This document shows positions 18,698 to 27,935 of a stretch of DNA of 64,000 bases, piece after piece. Origin of the DNA: Gammaproteobacteria bacterium (lineage in GTDB: Bacteria; Pseudomonadota; Gammaproteobacteria; Pseudomonadales; Azotimanducaceae). A program made the translations under genes and the position numbers. The notes under the pieces were generated by a model that saw only the letters and a program-made list of their open reading frames with translations, did not search any database and had not been told where the DNA came from. Where the stretch lies: positions 5,140 through 69,139 of the forward strand of contig JAYSTS010000293.1 of the NCBI GenBank assembly GCA_043719475.1, in the 5' to 3' direction. How positions within the stretch are numbered: position 1 is the stretch's first letter; each line of letters starts with the position of its first letter.

Positions 18698-19486
18698 ATG
18701 AATATTCTCGATTTCAAGGCGCGAAAGCGCATTCGCTCCCCAATTTCCATGCTGACTTGTTACGACTTCGCGTTCGCGCGTTTGTTGAACCAGTCGGATG
18801 TGGATGTGTTGCTGATTGGCGATAGTGTGGCCATGGTGCAACACGGTTATCCAAGCACGTTACACGCCGACGTCAACATGATGGCCATGCATACTGCGGG
18901 TGTCCGACGCGGAGCACCGGACAAGTTCATCGTTGCAGACATGCCTTTTCTGAGTATCAGAAAGGGCCTGAAGCACGCCATGAATGCAGTGGGCTCGCTC
19001 ATGCAAGCAGGCGCGAACGCGGTGAAAATCGAGGGCGAGGCGGGCCAACTCGATCTCATGCGACATATCGTTGAGTCCGGCGTACCTGTCATGGGGCATC
19101 TGGGTCTGACGCCACAGTCAGTTGAATCGTTCGGTGGGCACCGGGTCCAGGGACGATCGGAAGGCGCGGCGGCGGAAATGATGAATTCCGCGCAACGACT
19201 TGAACAGGCGGGTTGTTTCGCCATCGTCCTTGAGTGTGTTCCACGCGTTCTGGGTCGAGGTGTCAGCGACGTGCTGCAGATTCCCGTAATCGGCATTGGC
19301 GCCGGCGACGGTGTAGATGGCCAAGTACTTGTACTTCAGGACATGCTCGGCATGAACGAAGCCTTCAAGCCAAAGTTTCTTCGCCACTATGCCGACACAC
19401 ATACCTCGGTAAAGTCAGCAGTCAACCAGTTCCACAGTGACGTGCGCAGTCGTGTGTTCCCGAATCCGGAGGAGTGCTACGCATGA
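18698..19486 (+). CDS. panB: 3-methyl-2-oxobutanoate hydroxymethyltransferase
   Basis: MNILDFKARKR...MLTCYDFAFARLL...GDSVAMVQHGY...VKIEGE. The start was trimmed to ATG 18698. The upstream part of the tracked ORF is a translation of the polypurine tract. Confidence 0.93.
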   Translation: MNILDFKARKRIRSPISMLTCYDFAFARLLNQSDVDVLLIGDSVAMVQHGYPSTLHADVNMMAMHTAGVRRGAPDKFIVADMPFLSIRKGLKHAMNAVGSLMQAGANAVKIEGEAGQLDLMRHIVESGVPVMGHLGLTPQSVESFGGHRVQGRSEGAAAEMMNSAQRLEQAGCFAIVLECVPRVLGRGVSDVLQIPVIGIGAGDGVDGQVLVLQDMLGMNEAFKPKFLRHYADTHTSVKSAVNQFHSDVRSRVFPNPEECYA

Positions 19487-20259
19487 ACGTCATCCATTCA
19501 ATTCGCGAGTGGCAGTCGATTCGCAGGCAAATGCCGAACTCGATCGGCTTCGTTCCGACCATGGGCGCACTTCATGCCGGGCATGCTGCTCTACTTGATC
19601 AGTCTGTGCGCGAAAACGATTGCACCGTCCTGAGCATCTATGTGAATCCGACGCAATTCAACAATCCAGAGGATCTGACCAATTACCCCTCTACACTGGA
19701 GTCGGACCTCGAGCTTGCCAGCGCGCGAGGTGTGGACTTCGTGTTGATGCCTCAGTACGACGAATTGTATGCGGACAACTATCGCTTTCGGGTTGATGAG
19801 CTTGGTTTCAGCCAGACACTTTGTGGCGCACACCGACCTGGCCACTTCACCGGTGTCCTCACGGTAGTTCTCAAACTGCTGAATATCGTCCAGCCCCAAC
19901 GGGCGTACTTTGGGGAAAAGGACTACCAGCAGCTATCCCTCATCGCAGACATGGCAAAGGCATTTTTTCTGCCGGTGGAGATTGTCAAGGTGGCGACGGT
20001 ACGCGATGCAGATGGACTTGCATTGAGTTCGCGAAACGCAAGGCTCACACCGCAGGCGCGTCGCCTTGCACCATCATTCAACCGACTGTTACACGCTGAA
20101 GCCCCGGATCGAACCATTCATGACGAACTGGTGCGGGCCGGGTTTACGGTGGACTACGTCGAGACTCATGCCGGGCGACGTTTTGGCGCAGTGCTCATGG
20201 ATTGCGGTACTCATGCCGTTCGCCTCATCGACAACGTCCAGCTGACCGTTACCTGTTGA
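19483..20259 (+). CDS. panC: pantoate--beta-alanine ligase
   Basis: FVPTMGALHAGHAALL and YFGEKDYQQ motifs. ATGA overlap with the panB stop. Confidence 0.92.
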   Translation: MNVIHSIREWQSIRRQMPNSIGFVPTMGALHAGHAALLDQSVRENDCTVLSIYVNPTQFNNPEDLTNYPSTLESDLELASARGVDFVLMPQYDELYADNYRFRVDELGFSQTLCGAHRPGHFTGVLTVVLKLLNIVQPQRAYFGEKDYQQLSLIADMAKAFFLPVEIVKVATVRDADGLALSSRNARLTPQARRLAPSFNRLLHAEAPDRTIHDELVRAGFTVDYVETHAGRRFGAVLMDCGTHAVRLIDNVQLTVTC

Positions 20260-20324
20260 TAGCCTGAAGACAGCCTGACAACTCGCGGTTTACCGTTCGC
20301 CACAACACCTCGTAGACTGGCGCC

Positions 20325-21251
20325 TTGTCACCAGACTGGCGCCTGATGCTTCCAGAACGCAAAGACCACATCGACGGGCTGGGTGCATCGCTCCTGATCG
20401 GTTTCAGCGCCATCCTTGGTCTTAATCAGGCACTGGTGAAGCTGGTCAACGCCGGCATGTCGCCCATGTTTCAATCAGGCTTGCGCAGTGCATGCGCTTT
20501 CGTAGTCGTGCTCCTGTGGACCCTCATTCTCCGCAAACAGCTGGATTTTCGCGGCGGCAGTGTCAAGTGGGGCATTTTGATGGGCGTTTTATTTGCGCTG
20601 GAGTTTGCGCTCCTGTTCATTGCGCTGGACTACACCACGGTCTCACGAGTATCACTGTTCTTCTACAGCATGCCGCTATTTACCACCATTGGTGCGCACT
20701 TCCTGATACCGGAAGAGCGCTTTCATCCCGGGAAACTGCTTGGTCTCGTCATCGCGTTCGCAGGCTTGTCGATAGGGCTCACTGACTCAGGTTCGCAACC
20801 ATCGGCCACTTCCTGGATCGGTGATGTTCTCGCTATTGCAGGGGCGATCTGCTGGTCGGCTATTGCACTGGGTATCCGCACCACCGTCCTGATCCAGCGT
20901 CCCGCAGAACAGGTCATGCTGTTCCAGCTTGGAGTCTCAGCGGTCCTTTTATTGGCTGTGGCCCCAGCTTTTGGTGACACGATACGCGACATGACGATCA
21001 CCATCGCCTGGATATTCGCGTTCCAGGTGATTGCCGTAGCCAGCATTGGTTATCTGCTCTGGGCACGCATCCTGGCCATCTATCCGGTAGGTAACATGGC
21101 TTCGTTCAGCTTGCTTGCACCGTTGTTCGGGGTGTTGTCGGGCTGGATGATCTTCGATGATCCATTGACCCCGCGTTTTGCAATTGCGTTGATCCTGGTG
21201 GGCGCCGGCCTGATTGTCATCAACCGCCGCGTCGTCGCAAGTCGATCGTGA
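20325..21251 (+). CDS. DMT (EamA-type) transporter
   Basis: About 10 predicted TM helices in two EamA-like halves. An alternative start is ATG 20346. Confidence 0.8.
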   Translation: MSPDWRLMLPERKDHIDGLGASLLIGFSAILGLNQALVKLVNAGMSPMFQSGLRSACAFVVVLLWTLILRKQLDFRGGSVKWGILMGVLFALEFALLFIALDYTTVSRVSLFFYSMPLFTTIGAHFLIPEERFHPGKLLGLVIAFAGLSIGLTDSGSQPSATSWIGDVLAIAGAICWSAIALGIRTTVLIQRPAEQVMLFQLGVSAVLLLAVAPAFGDTIRDMTITIAWIFAFQVIAVASIGYLLWARILAIYPVGNMASFSLLAPLFGVLSGWMIFDDPLTPRFAIALILVGAGLIVINRRVVASRS

Positions 21252-24200
21252 ACGGCAGATCAGGATGTACTCGCTCAGGCGTCAGGGTAATTCGCCCCTG
21301 AGTGCCTCCATGCGCGTGGAATCGAGCGCCACGTCGCGCCTCTGCTTCATTTGCATTCAACGGAAAGGTTGAGTAGTTGCGTCCGCCTGGATGCGTGACG
21401 TGATACACACCGCCGCCAATTGATCGCTCGTTGGCGACGTCAATCAGGTCGAATACCAATGGACCATGCACATCGATCGTCGAGTGCATGCTCGAAGGGG
21501 GATTCCACGCCTTGTATCGGACTCCTGCCACATATGTGCCCTGCTCTCCCGTTGCATGCAATGGTACCTGTCGACCATTGCAGCTCACTGCATATCGGTC
21601 ACCGGGCAGTCCACGCACCAGCACCTGCACTCGTTCGACCGATGAATCCACATACCGGGCTGTTCCCTGTCCGGTACTCTCCTCACCGAGGACGTGCCAT
21701 GGCTCCAGCGCCGAATGCAGTTCGAGCGACATGCCTCGCGCTTCGATCCGGCCAATAAACGGAAAGCGGAACTCGAGGAAAGGCAGAAACCATTCCGCTT
21801 CGAAGGCGTAGCCGGCTCGCTGCATACTGCGCAGAACATCCTCGAAGTCTTGCCAGACAAAGTGCCGAAGCATGAATCGGTCGTGGAGATCAGTTCCCCA
21901 CCGGATCATGGGTGCCTTGTAGGGTTTGTTCCAGAAACGCGCAACCAGTGCACGAATGAGCAGCATCTGCGCTGTGCTCATGTGCGCATGTGGCGGCATC
22001 TCGAACGCCCGAAACTCAACGAGACCGCGTCGACCACCAGCGCTGTCCGGTGAATACAACTTGTCGATGCAGAACTCGGATCGATGCGTATTGCCGGTCA
22101 AATCAACGAGGAAGTTGCGCAGAACCCGGTCAACGATCCAGGGTCGGTCAGTGTCACCTTCCGGTAGTTGATCGAGCGCAATCTCCAGCTCGTAGAGGTG
22201 ATCGTCGCGCGCTTCATCGACTCTTGGCGCCTGACTGGTCGGCCCGATGAACAACCCGGAAAAGAGGTAGGACAGGCTTGGGTGTCGCTGCCAGAATCGC
22301 AGCAGACTGCCCAGCAATTCCGGTCGGCGCAAGAACGGACTGTCTTCTGGTTTGGCGCCACCCAGCGTGACATGGTTTCCCCCGCCGGTACCCGTATGCC
22401 GGCCATCCAGCATGAATTTTTCTGTTCCCAGCCGCGTGAGTCTGGCCTGCGCGTACAGCTCTTCAGTGTTCGTAACAAGCTCACGGAAACTCGTCACTGG
22501 CGGCACGTTCACTTCGATCACACCAGGATCCGGTGTGATCTGCAGTACTCTCAATCGATGATCCTTGGGCGGCTCATATCCTTCGAGCGTCACGCCTAAC
22601 TTCATGCGGCGTGCTACATCGCCGATGGCATCAACAACCGCAAGGTAACTTTCCAGACGCTTGATAGGCGGCATGAATACGTACAGCTTGCCGCCTCGAG
22701 CCTCAATGACCAGCGCCGTGTGGATTATTTCTCGTTGATCACTTGAGACGGCTTCCGCATCCTGTTCGCCTGCAGCGGGTAGTTCTTCCCTAGGCGAAAA
22801 AGGATCAACGGCCGCCTCCACCTCACGCTCATCGGGCTCAACCCACGGCAATGAGGCGAGTGGCAATCGCAGCCCCATTGGCGAGTCTCCCGGCAACAGC
22901 AACATCGCGCCCGAGCGAAATCGCCATTCGCTCGTCAGCCACCCGCCATGACGGCCCTTCGCCTGCCACTTGAGTGGCAGCGCATAACCTACAGGCGTTG
23001 TGAGTCCCGTCGTGAATATTCGGGCCAGTCGCTCGCGCTCCAGCGGATCATCAAGACGTGAATCAGTAGGCGAGACATTTTCGGGCAGCTGTTGTTCCTT
23101 GATGAGATTCTGGAACACATCTTCATAGCCTGGAAAAATGTGTTTTTCACTCAGCTTGAGTTTGTGTGCAACCCCGGCCATCAGAGCTCTGCAATGACTG
23201 GCATCAAACGGCCCCGGAACTTCATCGCCGGACAAAACGCCTGGATGTTTCACCAATGGCTTGCCATCGGTTCGCCAGTACACCGACATCACCCAGCGCG
23301 GTAATGGCTCTCCGGGATACCACTTCCCTTGCCCACGATGAACCAGGCCAGTTGGCGCATAACATGCCCGCAGACGATCAAGCAATGCTGCGCTTAACGC
23401 ATGCTTCGATTCCGACAGGGCTGTGAAATTCCACTCCGGCCCCTCCATATCGTCAATGGAAACGAAGGTAGGTTCGCCGCCCATGGTCAACCGGACGTCA
23501 CCGCGCTCAAGATCTCGATCAACCTTGTCGCCGAGTTTGAGTACACGTTTCCATGCCGGGATCGAAAAAGGCAGGGTGACGCGAGGATCTTCATGGATGC
23601 GAATCACTTCATTGCTGAACGAGAAATCGACACTGGTTGGACCGGTCGACCCGGTTACCGGAGCGGCACTGGCCGGGTCCGGGGTACACGCCAGCGGGAT
23701 GTGGCCTTCACCCGCCATGAGACCGGACGTCGGATCCAGACCAATCCAGCCTGCTCCGGGCAGATAGACCTCTGCCCAGGCGTGCAGATCAGTGAAGTCG
23801 TGGGTCGTTCCCGACGGGCCATCCAGCGCCTCGAAATCGGCTTTCAGCTGGACCAGATAACCGGAGACAAATCGCGCTGCCAGACCGAGGTGGCGCAGTA
23901 TCTGAACCAACAGCCACCCGCTGTCCCGGCACGATCCTGATCGCCGGCCCAACGTGTCCTCGCAGCTCTGGACACCCGGCTCCATGCGAACAAGATAGTC
24001 GACGTCTTTTTGCAATCGTTGATTGAGCGCGACCAGAAAGTCAACGGTGCGGGCATCCTTCGTGTCCACCGCAGCCAGCCACGCGGTAAGTTTTGGGCCA
24101 CGTTCTGCGACCTCGAGGTACGGTGTCAGATCCCGGTGAAGCTGGGGCTCGTAAGCGAAAGGAAACTTCTCGACACCTTCATCCAGAAAAAAATCGAATG

Positions 24201-24468
24201 GATTGATCACCGTCAAATCAGCAATCAACGAAACCTCGATGCTCAACTCGGTGGCCGGATCCGGAAACACGAACCGGGCGAGGTAGTTTCCAAACGGATC
24301 CTGCTGCCAATTCACAAAGTGCGGTTCCGGTGTCACCTTGAGTGAATAGGCAGAGATCGGCGTGCGGCAATGTGGAGCTGGTCGGAGGCGTATCACGTGG
24401 GGGAACAATTCCACCCTGCGATCAAAACGGTAGGTGGTTTTGTGTCCGAGAGAAACGTGAATGGTCAC
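21220..24468 (-). CDS. transglutaminase-like / DUF2126 large protein
   Basis: 1082 aa. N-terminal TYRFDRRVELFPHVIRLRPAPH (Bact_transglu_N-like), a transglutaminase core (SGSCRDSGWL...HAWAEVYLPGAGWIGLDPT) and a long DUF2126-type C-terminus. GTG start overlaps the Anbu stop (GTGA). Confidence 0.88.
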   Translation of the reverse strand: MTIHVSLGHKTTYRFDRRVELFPHVIRLRPAPHCRTPISAYSLKVTPEPHFVNWQQDPFGNYLARFVFPDPATELSIEVSLIADLTVINPFDFFLDEGVEKFPFAYEPQLHRDLTPYLEVAERGPKLTAWLAAVDTKDARTVDFLVALNQRLQKDVDYLVRMEPGVQSCEDTLGRRSGSCRDSGWLLVQILRHLGLAARFVSGYLVQLKADFEALDGPSGTTHDFTDLHAWAEVYLPGAGWIGLDPTSGLMAGEGHIPLACTPDPASAAPVTGSTGPTSVDFSFSNEVIRIHEDPRVTLPFSIPAWKRVLKLGDKVDRDLERGDVRLTMGGEPTFVSIDDMEGPEWNFTALSESKHALSAALLDRLRACYAPTGLVHRGQGKWYPGEPLPRWVMSVYWRTDGKPLVKHPGVLSGDEVPGPFDASHCRALMAGVAHKLKLSEKHIFPGYEDVFQNLIKEQQLPENVSPTDSRLDDPLERERLARIFTTGLTTPVGYALPLKWQAKGRHGGWLTSEWRFRSGAMLLLPGDSPMGLRLPLASLPWVEPDEREVEAAVDPFSPREELPAAGEQDAEAVSSDQREIIHTALVIEARGGKLYVFMPPIKRLESYLAVVDAIGDVARRMKLGVTLEGYEPPKDHRLRVLQITPDPGVIEVNVPPVTSFRELVTNTEELYAQARLTRLGTEKFMLDGRHTGTGGGNHVTLGGAKPEDSPFLRRPELLGSLLRFWQRHPSLSYLFSGLFIGPTSQAPRVDEARDDHLYELEIALDQLPEGDTDRPWIVDRVLRNFLVDLTGNTHRSEFCIDKLYSPDSAGGRRGLVEFRAFEMPPHAHMSTAQMLLIRALVARFWNKPYKAPMIRWGTDLHDRFMLRHFVWQDFEDVLRSMQRAGYAFEAEWFLPFLEFRFPFIGRIEARGMSLELHSALEPWHVLGEESTGQGTARYVDSSVERVQVLVRGLPGDRYAVSCNGRQVPLHATGEQGTYVAGVRYKAWNPPSSMHSTIDVHGPLVFDLIDVANERSIGGGVYHVTHPGGRNYSTFPLNANEAEARRGARFHAHGGTQGRITLTPERVHPDLPFTIDLRRRGG

Positions 24469-25193
24469 GAGGACTGTTCAACCTCCCAATCAATGACCGG
24501 CAAGCGTGCGAATGCGATCTTGATTTCCTTGTTCCAGTTTCTCTTCACATCGCGCAAATAGTCATCGTCCTCTTCGAAAAGCCGATATCGCCCCGGCTGC
24601 AATGAGCCGGCATTGTAAGCAACGATCTCTATGGGTGGCGCGACAGTCAGGTTGCTTCGCATCGTTCCGTCCATCGACACCAGCGCACACAACGCCGCCT
24701 GATCCAGGGAAGAATCCATGGTGACCACACGATCAAGGATCGGCTTGCCATACTTCGATTCGCCGATCTGCAGATAAGGGACCTGGTTCGAACTTTCGAT
24801 GAAGTTCCCTTCCGGATAGACCATGTAGGTGCGGCATCGAGCGCCCCAAACCTCTCCAGCAACGAGAAAGCTGGCCTCAAAAACATGCCCGCCCGGGGTT
24901 TTTTCCTGCTCTTTTCGACTCAGCCCGCCTACGTAGGTGGCCGCTTCACTGACGTTTTTTACGGTTTTCAGGCTGGTTTTTGCATTGTCCCGAAAGTCTC
25001 GTTCAATCTGCGCAAAAACGCCTTGTGTGGTTGCAAGATTTCCCGAGCAACAAAGTATGAACTGGCGATCTCCAGGCACACCAAAGATCCGCATCTTGCT
25101 GTGCGTGCTGACGCTGTCGACCCCTGCGTTGGTACGCGAGTCGGAGATCAGGACCAGTCCCGCGTTGACATGTATGGCGAGGCAATAAGTCAT
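24465..25193 (-). CDS. proteasome-type peptidase Anbu (T1 family)
   Basis: MTYCLAIHVNAGLVLISDSRTNAG has Thr directly after the initiator Met, as in Ntn hydrolases. ~243 aa, trimmed to the MTYC start. Confidence 0.85.
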   Translation of the reverse strand: MTYCLAIHVNAGLVLISDSRTNAGVDSVSTHSKMRIFGVPGDRQFILCCSGNLATTQGVFAQIERDFRDNAKTSLKTVKNVSEAATYVGGLSRKEQEKTPGGHVFEASFLVAGEVWGARCRTYMVYPEGNFIESSNQVPYLQIGESKYGKPILDRVVTMDSSLDQAALCALVSMDGTMRSNLTVAPPIEIVAYNAGSLQPGRYRLFEEDDDYLRDVKRNWNKEIKIAFARLPVIDWEVEQSS

Positions 25194-25570
25194 CTCAAAA
25201 CTGCTCAATCAATCCAATAGTCGATAGGTGCCAGCTGCAGGTGCTGCTCATCCGGCCCCGTGATTCACGAAGTTTGCCAATATTGCGGAAGCGTTGCTTA
25301 TCTGGCGACGAATGCGGGCATCCAGGATGCATCCACTTGATGTAGTTGAATCCGGCGTCGCGTACAAATCATTGCATAGAATTGCCCGCTGGTTTGCGTC
25401 GTTCCGTTGCCGCATTGTGGGCTGCACGTAAGCCGTTTGCCAATGCCAGCAGGCGGCCAGCAGGCGGCCGGGATTAAGACCGTTGCACGGAGTCGGTGTT
25501 AAGAACGGTTCACTGTTCGCCGATCGCGCGGCCACGACACACAAAAATAACAGCGATAGCCATAACCACA

Positions 25571-25830
25571 TTGACTGCACTTCGAAATGGTTTCCGGTGC
25601 ACAGCCCCGCCCCCGTTGATTTCACAATGGCAGCAATTTGTGCGTCGAATTGAGAAATCGGTCGACCAGACCGACTCGGCGACAAAAGGAGCACGCCGTG
25701 AAAAATTTCCGCCTGTGTAATCGTTGTTATGAAAAGATTCGCCGCCAATTGTGTCGCCACACAATTCGTGACACTGGCCTCCGGCGCTGCCCTCATCAAT
25801 TCGGACAGAACTGACTGGAGCAGCCGTATA
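25571..25830 (-). pseudogene. PIN-domain (VapC-like) toxin remnant
   Basis: Fragments ITTITQAEIFHGVLLL and GRPISQFDAQIAAIVKSTGAGLCTGNHF match the middle and C-terminal PIN toxin motifs. They are joined by an internal deletion and lack an intact N-terminus. Confidence 0.4.
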
Positions 25831-25869
25831 GCGCATCACCGCAGGATCTCGCGCGACGGACTGTTCTTC

Positions 25870-26300
25870 GAGGACACAGAGCTCAAGTCAGGCTCAACCT
25901 GGAACTTGCTGACACGCTGGATCATCTGAACGCCATTTCCGTCCACTACCGTATCGCTGTCGGACAGGGCGCAGTCGTCTGTCAGCCACATCAGCGCGAC
26001 CAGCTCGAACGACTATGCCGCTACGCATCAGCCTTCGGGCGGTGACCAACCCTCTGATTTGCACGGCTCTCCGTCGACGCCTCTTATCTGGTCCTCTACC
26101 ATCTCAAGAACCCCTTCCGCGACCACCACCACGCGCCAATCTCATCCGATATCACGGCGTATTCGCACCCGTCAGACGCTGCACGACAATCCATTGAGAC
26201 TCTTGAAGTCTTTTCCCTTCCGTTTGAATCCGGTCTTGGAACTTCTTCTTCGGAGGGCTCCAGTTATTGCGCATTCTGTCCGAGACCATAACAACACAAC
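25870..26300 (+). pseudogene. IS91-family (Y2/HUH) transposase C-terminal remnant
   Basis: HYRIAVGQ, QLERLCRYASAFGR*, RLSVDASYLVLYHLKNPFRDHHH, NLIRYHGVFAP and RLLKSFPFRL resemble the conserved C-terminal third of IS91-type transposases. They are spread over three reading frames with stops. Confidence 0.5.
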
Positions 26301-26611
26301 GCGACCCCCCGTGAGAAAAGACGATCGATCGCTTCAACGACTGCTGTCCTTCCAGGACCGCGACGCATCCGGATGTGCCCTCACTGTCTGGCGCGGGGTC
26401 GTGGACAACCTGATTGCGTTCGCGAACCCCAAAGCATCTGAGCAGGCGCATCCTTATCTGCAGCGGATAGTGGCGGTACTCACGCGAGAACGGCGAGGCG
26501 ATGAAGGGGAGGAATGCGGCTCGCCCAGCGATTGCAGCATCGTGCCAGGCGACGTCTGGTACAAATCCTGGACACGCTGCAAGGCTGTGGCATGCTCGAC
26601 AACGCGAACTG

Positions 26612-27508
26612 ATGCACAACATCCGTGCTGCATTTGACCAGGAGCCTCCCACGACGACCGAAAACGCACAGAAGATCATCGAGCAGCTGCAGGCAGCGCA
26701 TAACCGCCGAAAACTCGGAGATTTCGACGGATTGTCCCCCGAACAGATGTCCGGGCTCCTGTATACGCCCTTCGAGTGTCCGCAGCTGGTCACCGTCGCA
26801 ACGCAGTTGCCCACAGCTGCGCAGGCACCAATTCTCGAACTGTACGGCCGTATTGCCAATGCCATCGGAGAAAAAGGACTGAAGGCTACCGTTAGTGGCA
26901 ATCTCCCCCGCAAGCTGGTCAGAGAAGCGGCCTTCGCCCGTTTCCCGGAAGATTCGGACATTGAACGCCATGTTCTTTCCGAAGCCGATTTTCCCTCTCT
27001 GCACGGCGTCCGCCTGATGGCCGGGCTGGCGGGTCTGATCCGCAAACAACACGGTAAATTCCTGCTGACCGCCAAAGCCCGGAAGCTGCATGCGTCCGGT
27101 GGAGCCGCCGCTGCCTTCCCCGAACTCTTCAAGACGTTCGCCAAGCGTTTCAACTGGGGCTATTGGGATGCCCTCCCTGAACTGCCCATCGTGCAGACCG
27201 CCTTCATGTTTTCGTTGTTGCAGTTTTCCCGTTACGGAGCACAACCTCGGCCGGAGTCGTTTTACACCGACGCATTCCTGCGGGCTTTCCCGCTGGCGCT
27301 CCAGGAAGCCGTCCAAACGCCCTTGAGAACCTCCGAGGACTCCGAGGAGTTGGTACGAATGACCTATGAAGTCAGGACCTTCAGGTTCCTGGAACTACTC
27401 GGGTTTGCCGAACGGATGGAAACTCAACGCAGATTGTTCCAAACGATGCGCGGGGGGCAGGTGCGCAAACTACCTCTTCTCGATGCGTGTATTCAGTTCA
27501 TGGTTTGA
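26612..27508 (+). CDS. hypothetical protein (possibly 5'-truncated island cargo)
   Basis: Of three mutually overlapping long ORFs, only this plus-strand frame has a protein-like composition (LSPEQMSGLLYTPFECPQLV...FNWGYWDALPELPIVQTAFMFSLLQF). The start is uncertain (26501 or 26612). Confidence 0.5.
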   Translation: MHNIRAAFDQEPPTTTENAQKIIEQLQAAHNRRKLGDFDGLSPEQMSGLLYTPFECPQLVTVATQLPTAAQAPILELYGRIANAIGEKGLKATVSGNLPRKLVREAAFARFPEDSDIERHVLSEADFPSLHGVRLMAGLAGLIRKQHGKFLLTAKARKLHASGGAAAAFPELFKTFAKRFNWGYWDALPELPIVQTAFMFSLLQFSRYGAQPRPESFYTDAFLRAFPLALQEAVQTPLRTSEDSEELVRMTYEVRTFRFLELLGFAERMETQRRLFQTMRGGQVRKLPLLDACIQFMV

Positions 27509-27808
27509 GGTGAGTGTGCTGAAAGTGCGCCGCCTCAAATGGGCGACCAGGAACCTGTCGGACTTGAGGCTGATCTACTGCGCCGACTGTGGGAAGAGCG
27601 GTCCGTTTTCCCCCGATTCCTTGTTGCTCAGTTCCTCCGCACACCTCGAAATAGTGAAAAAACCGTACTCGTTTGCCCATCCGGTTGGCGATGATCATTT
27701 GGGTCGAACCGACCCAATCAATGCTTCCGTGAGAAGAAGACTGCAGCGGCGGAAGCTGTTCAGGTTGACGCTCCTGAGGCCGACCGGTTTAATACGCGGC
27801 CCTTCTGC

Positions 27809-27884
<76 letters not shown>

Positions 27885-27935
27885 TCCCTTTAATCGAACT
27901 TCCCAGCAGTTGATACTCCAGGCTCATGCCCTTGA

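Noticed and set aside
27498-27698. 66-aa minus-strand ORF next to tRNA-Phe that might be an integrase or AlpA fragment.
   Set aside because: There are no convincing integrase or HTH motifs. The short hairpin GGGTCGAACCGACCC nearby is too small to interpret.
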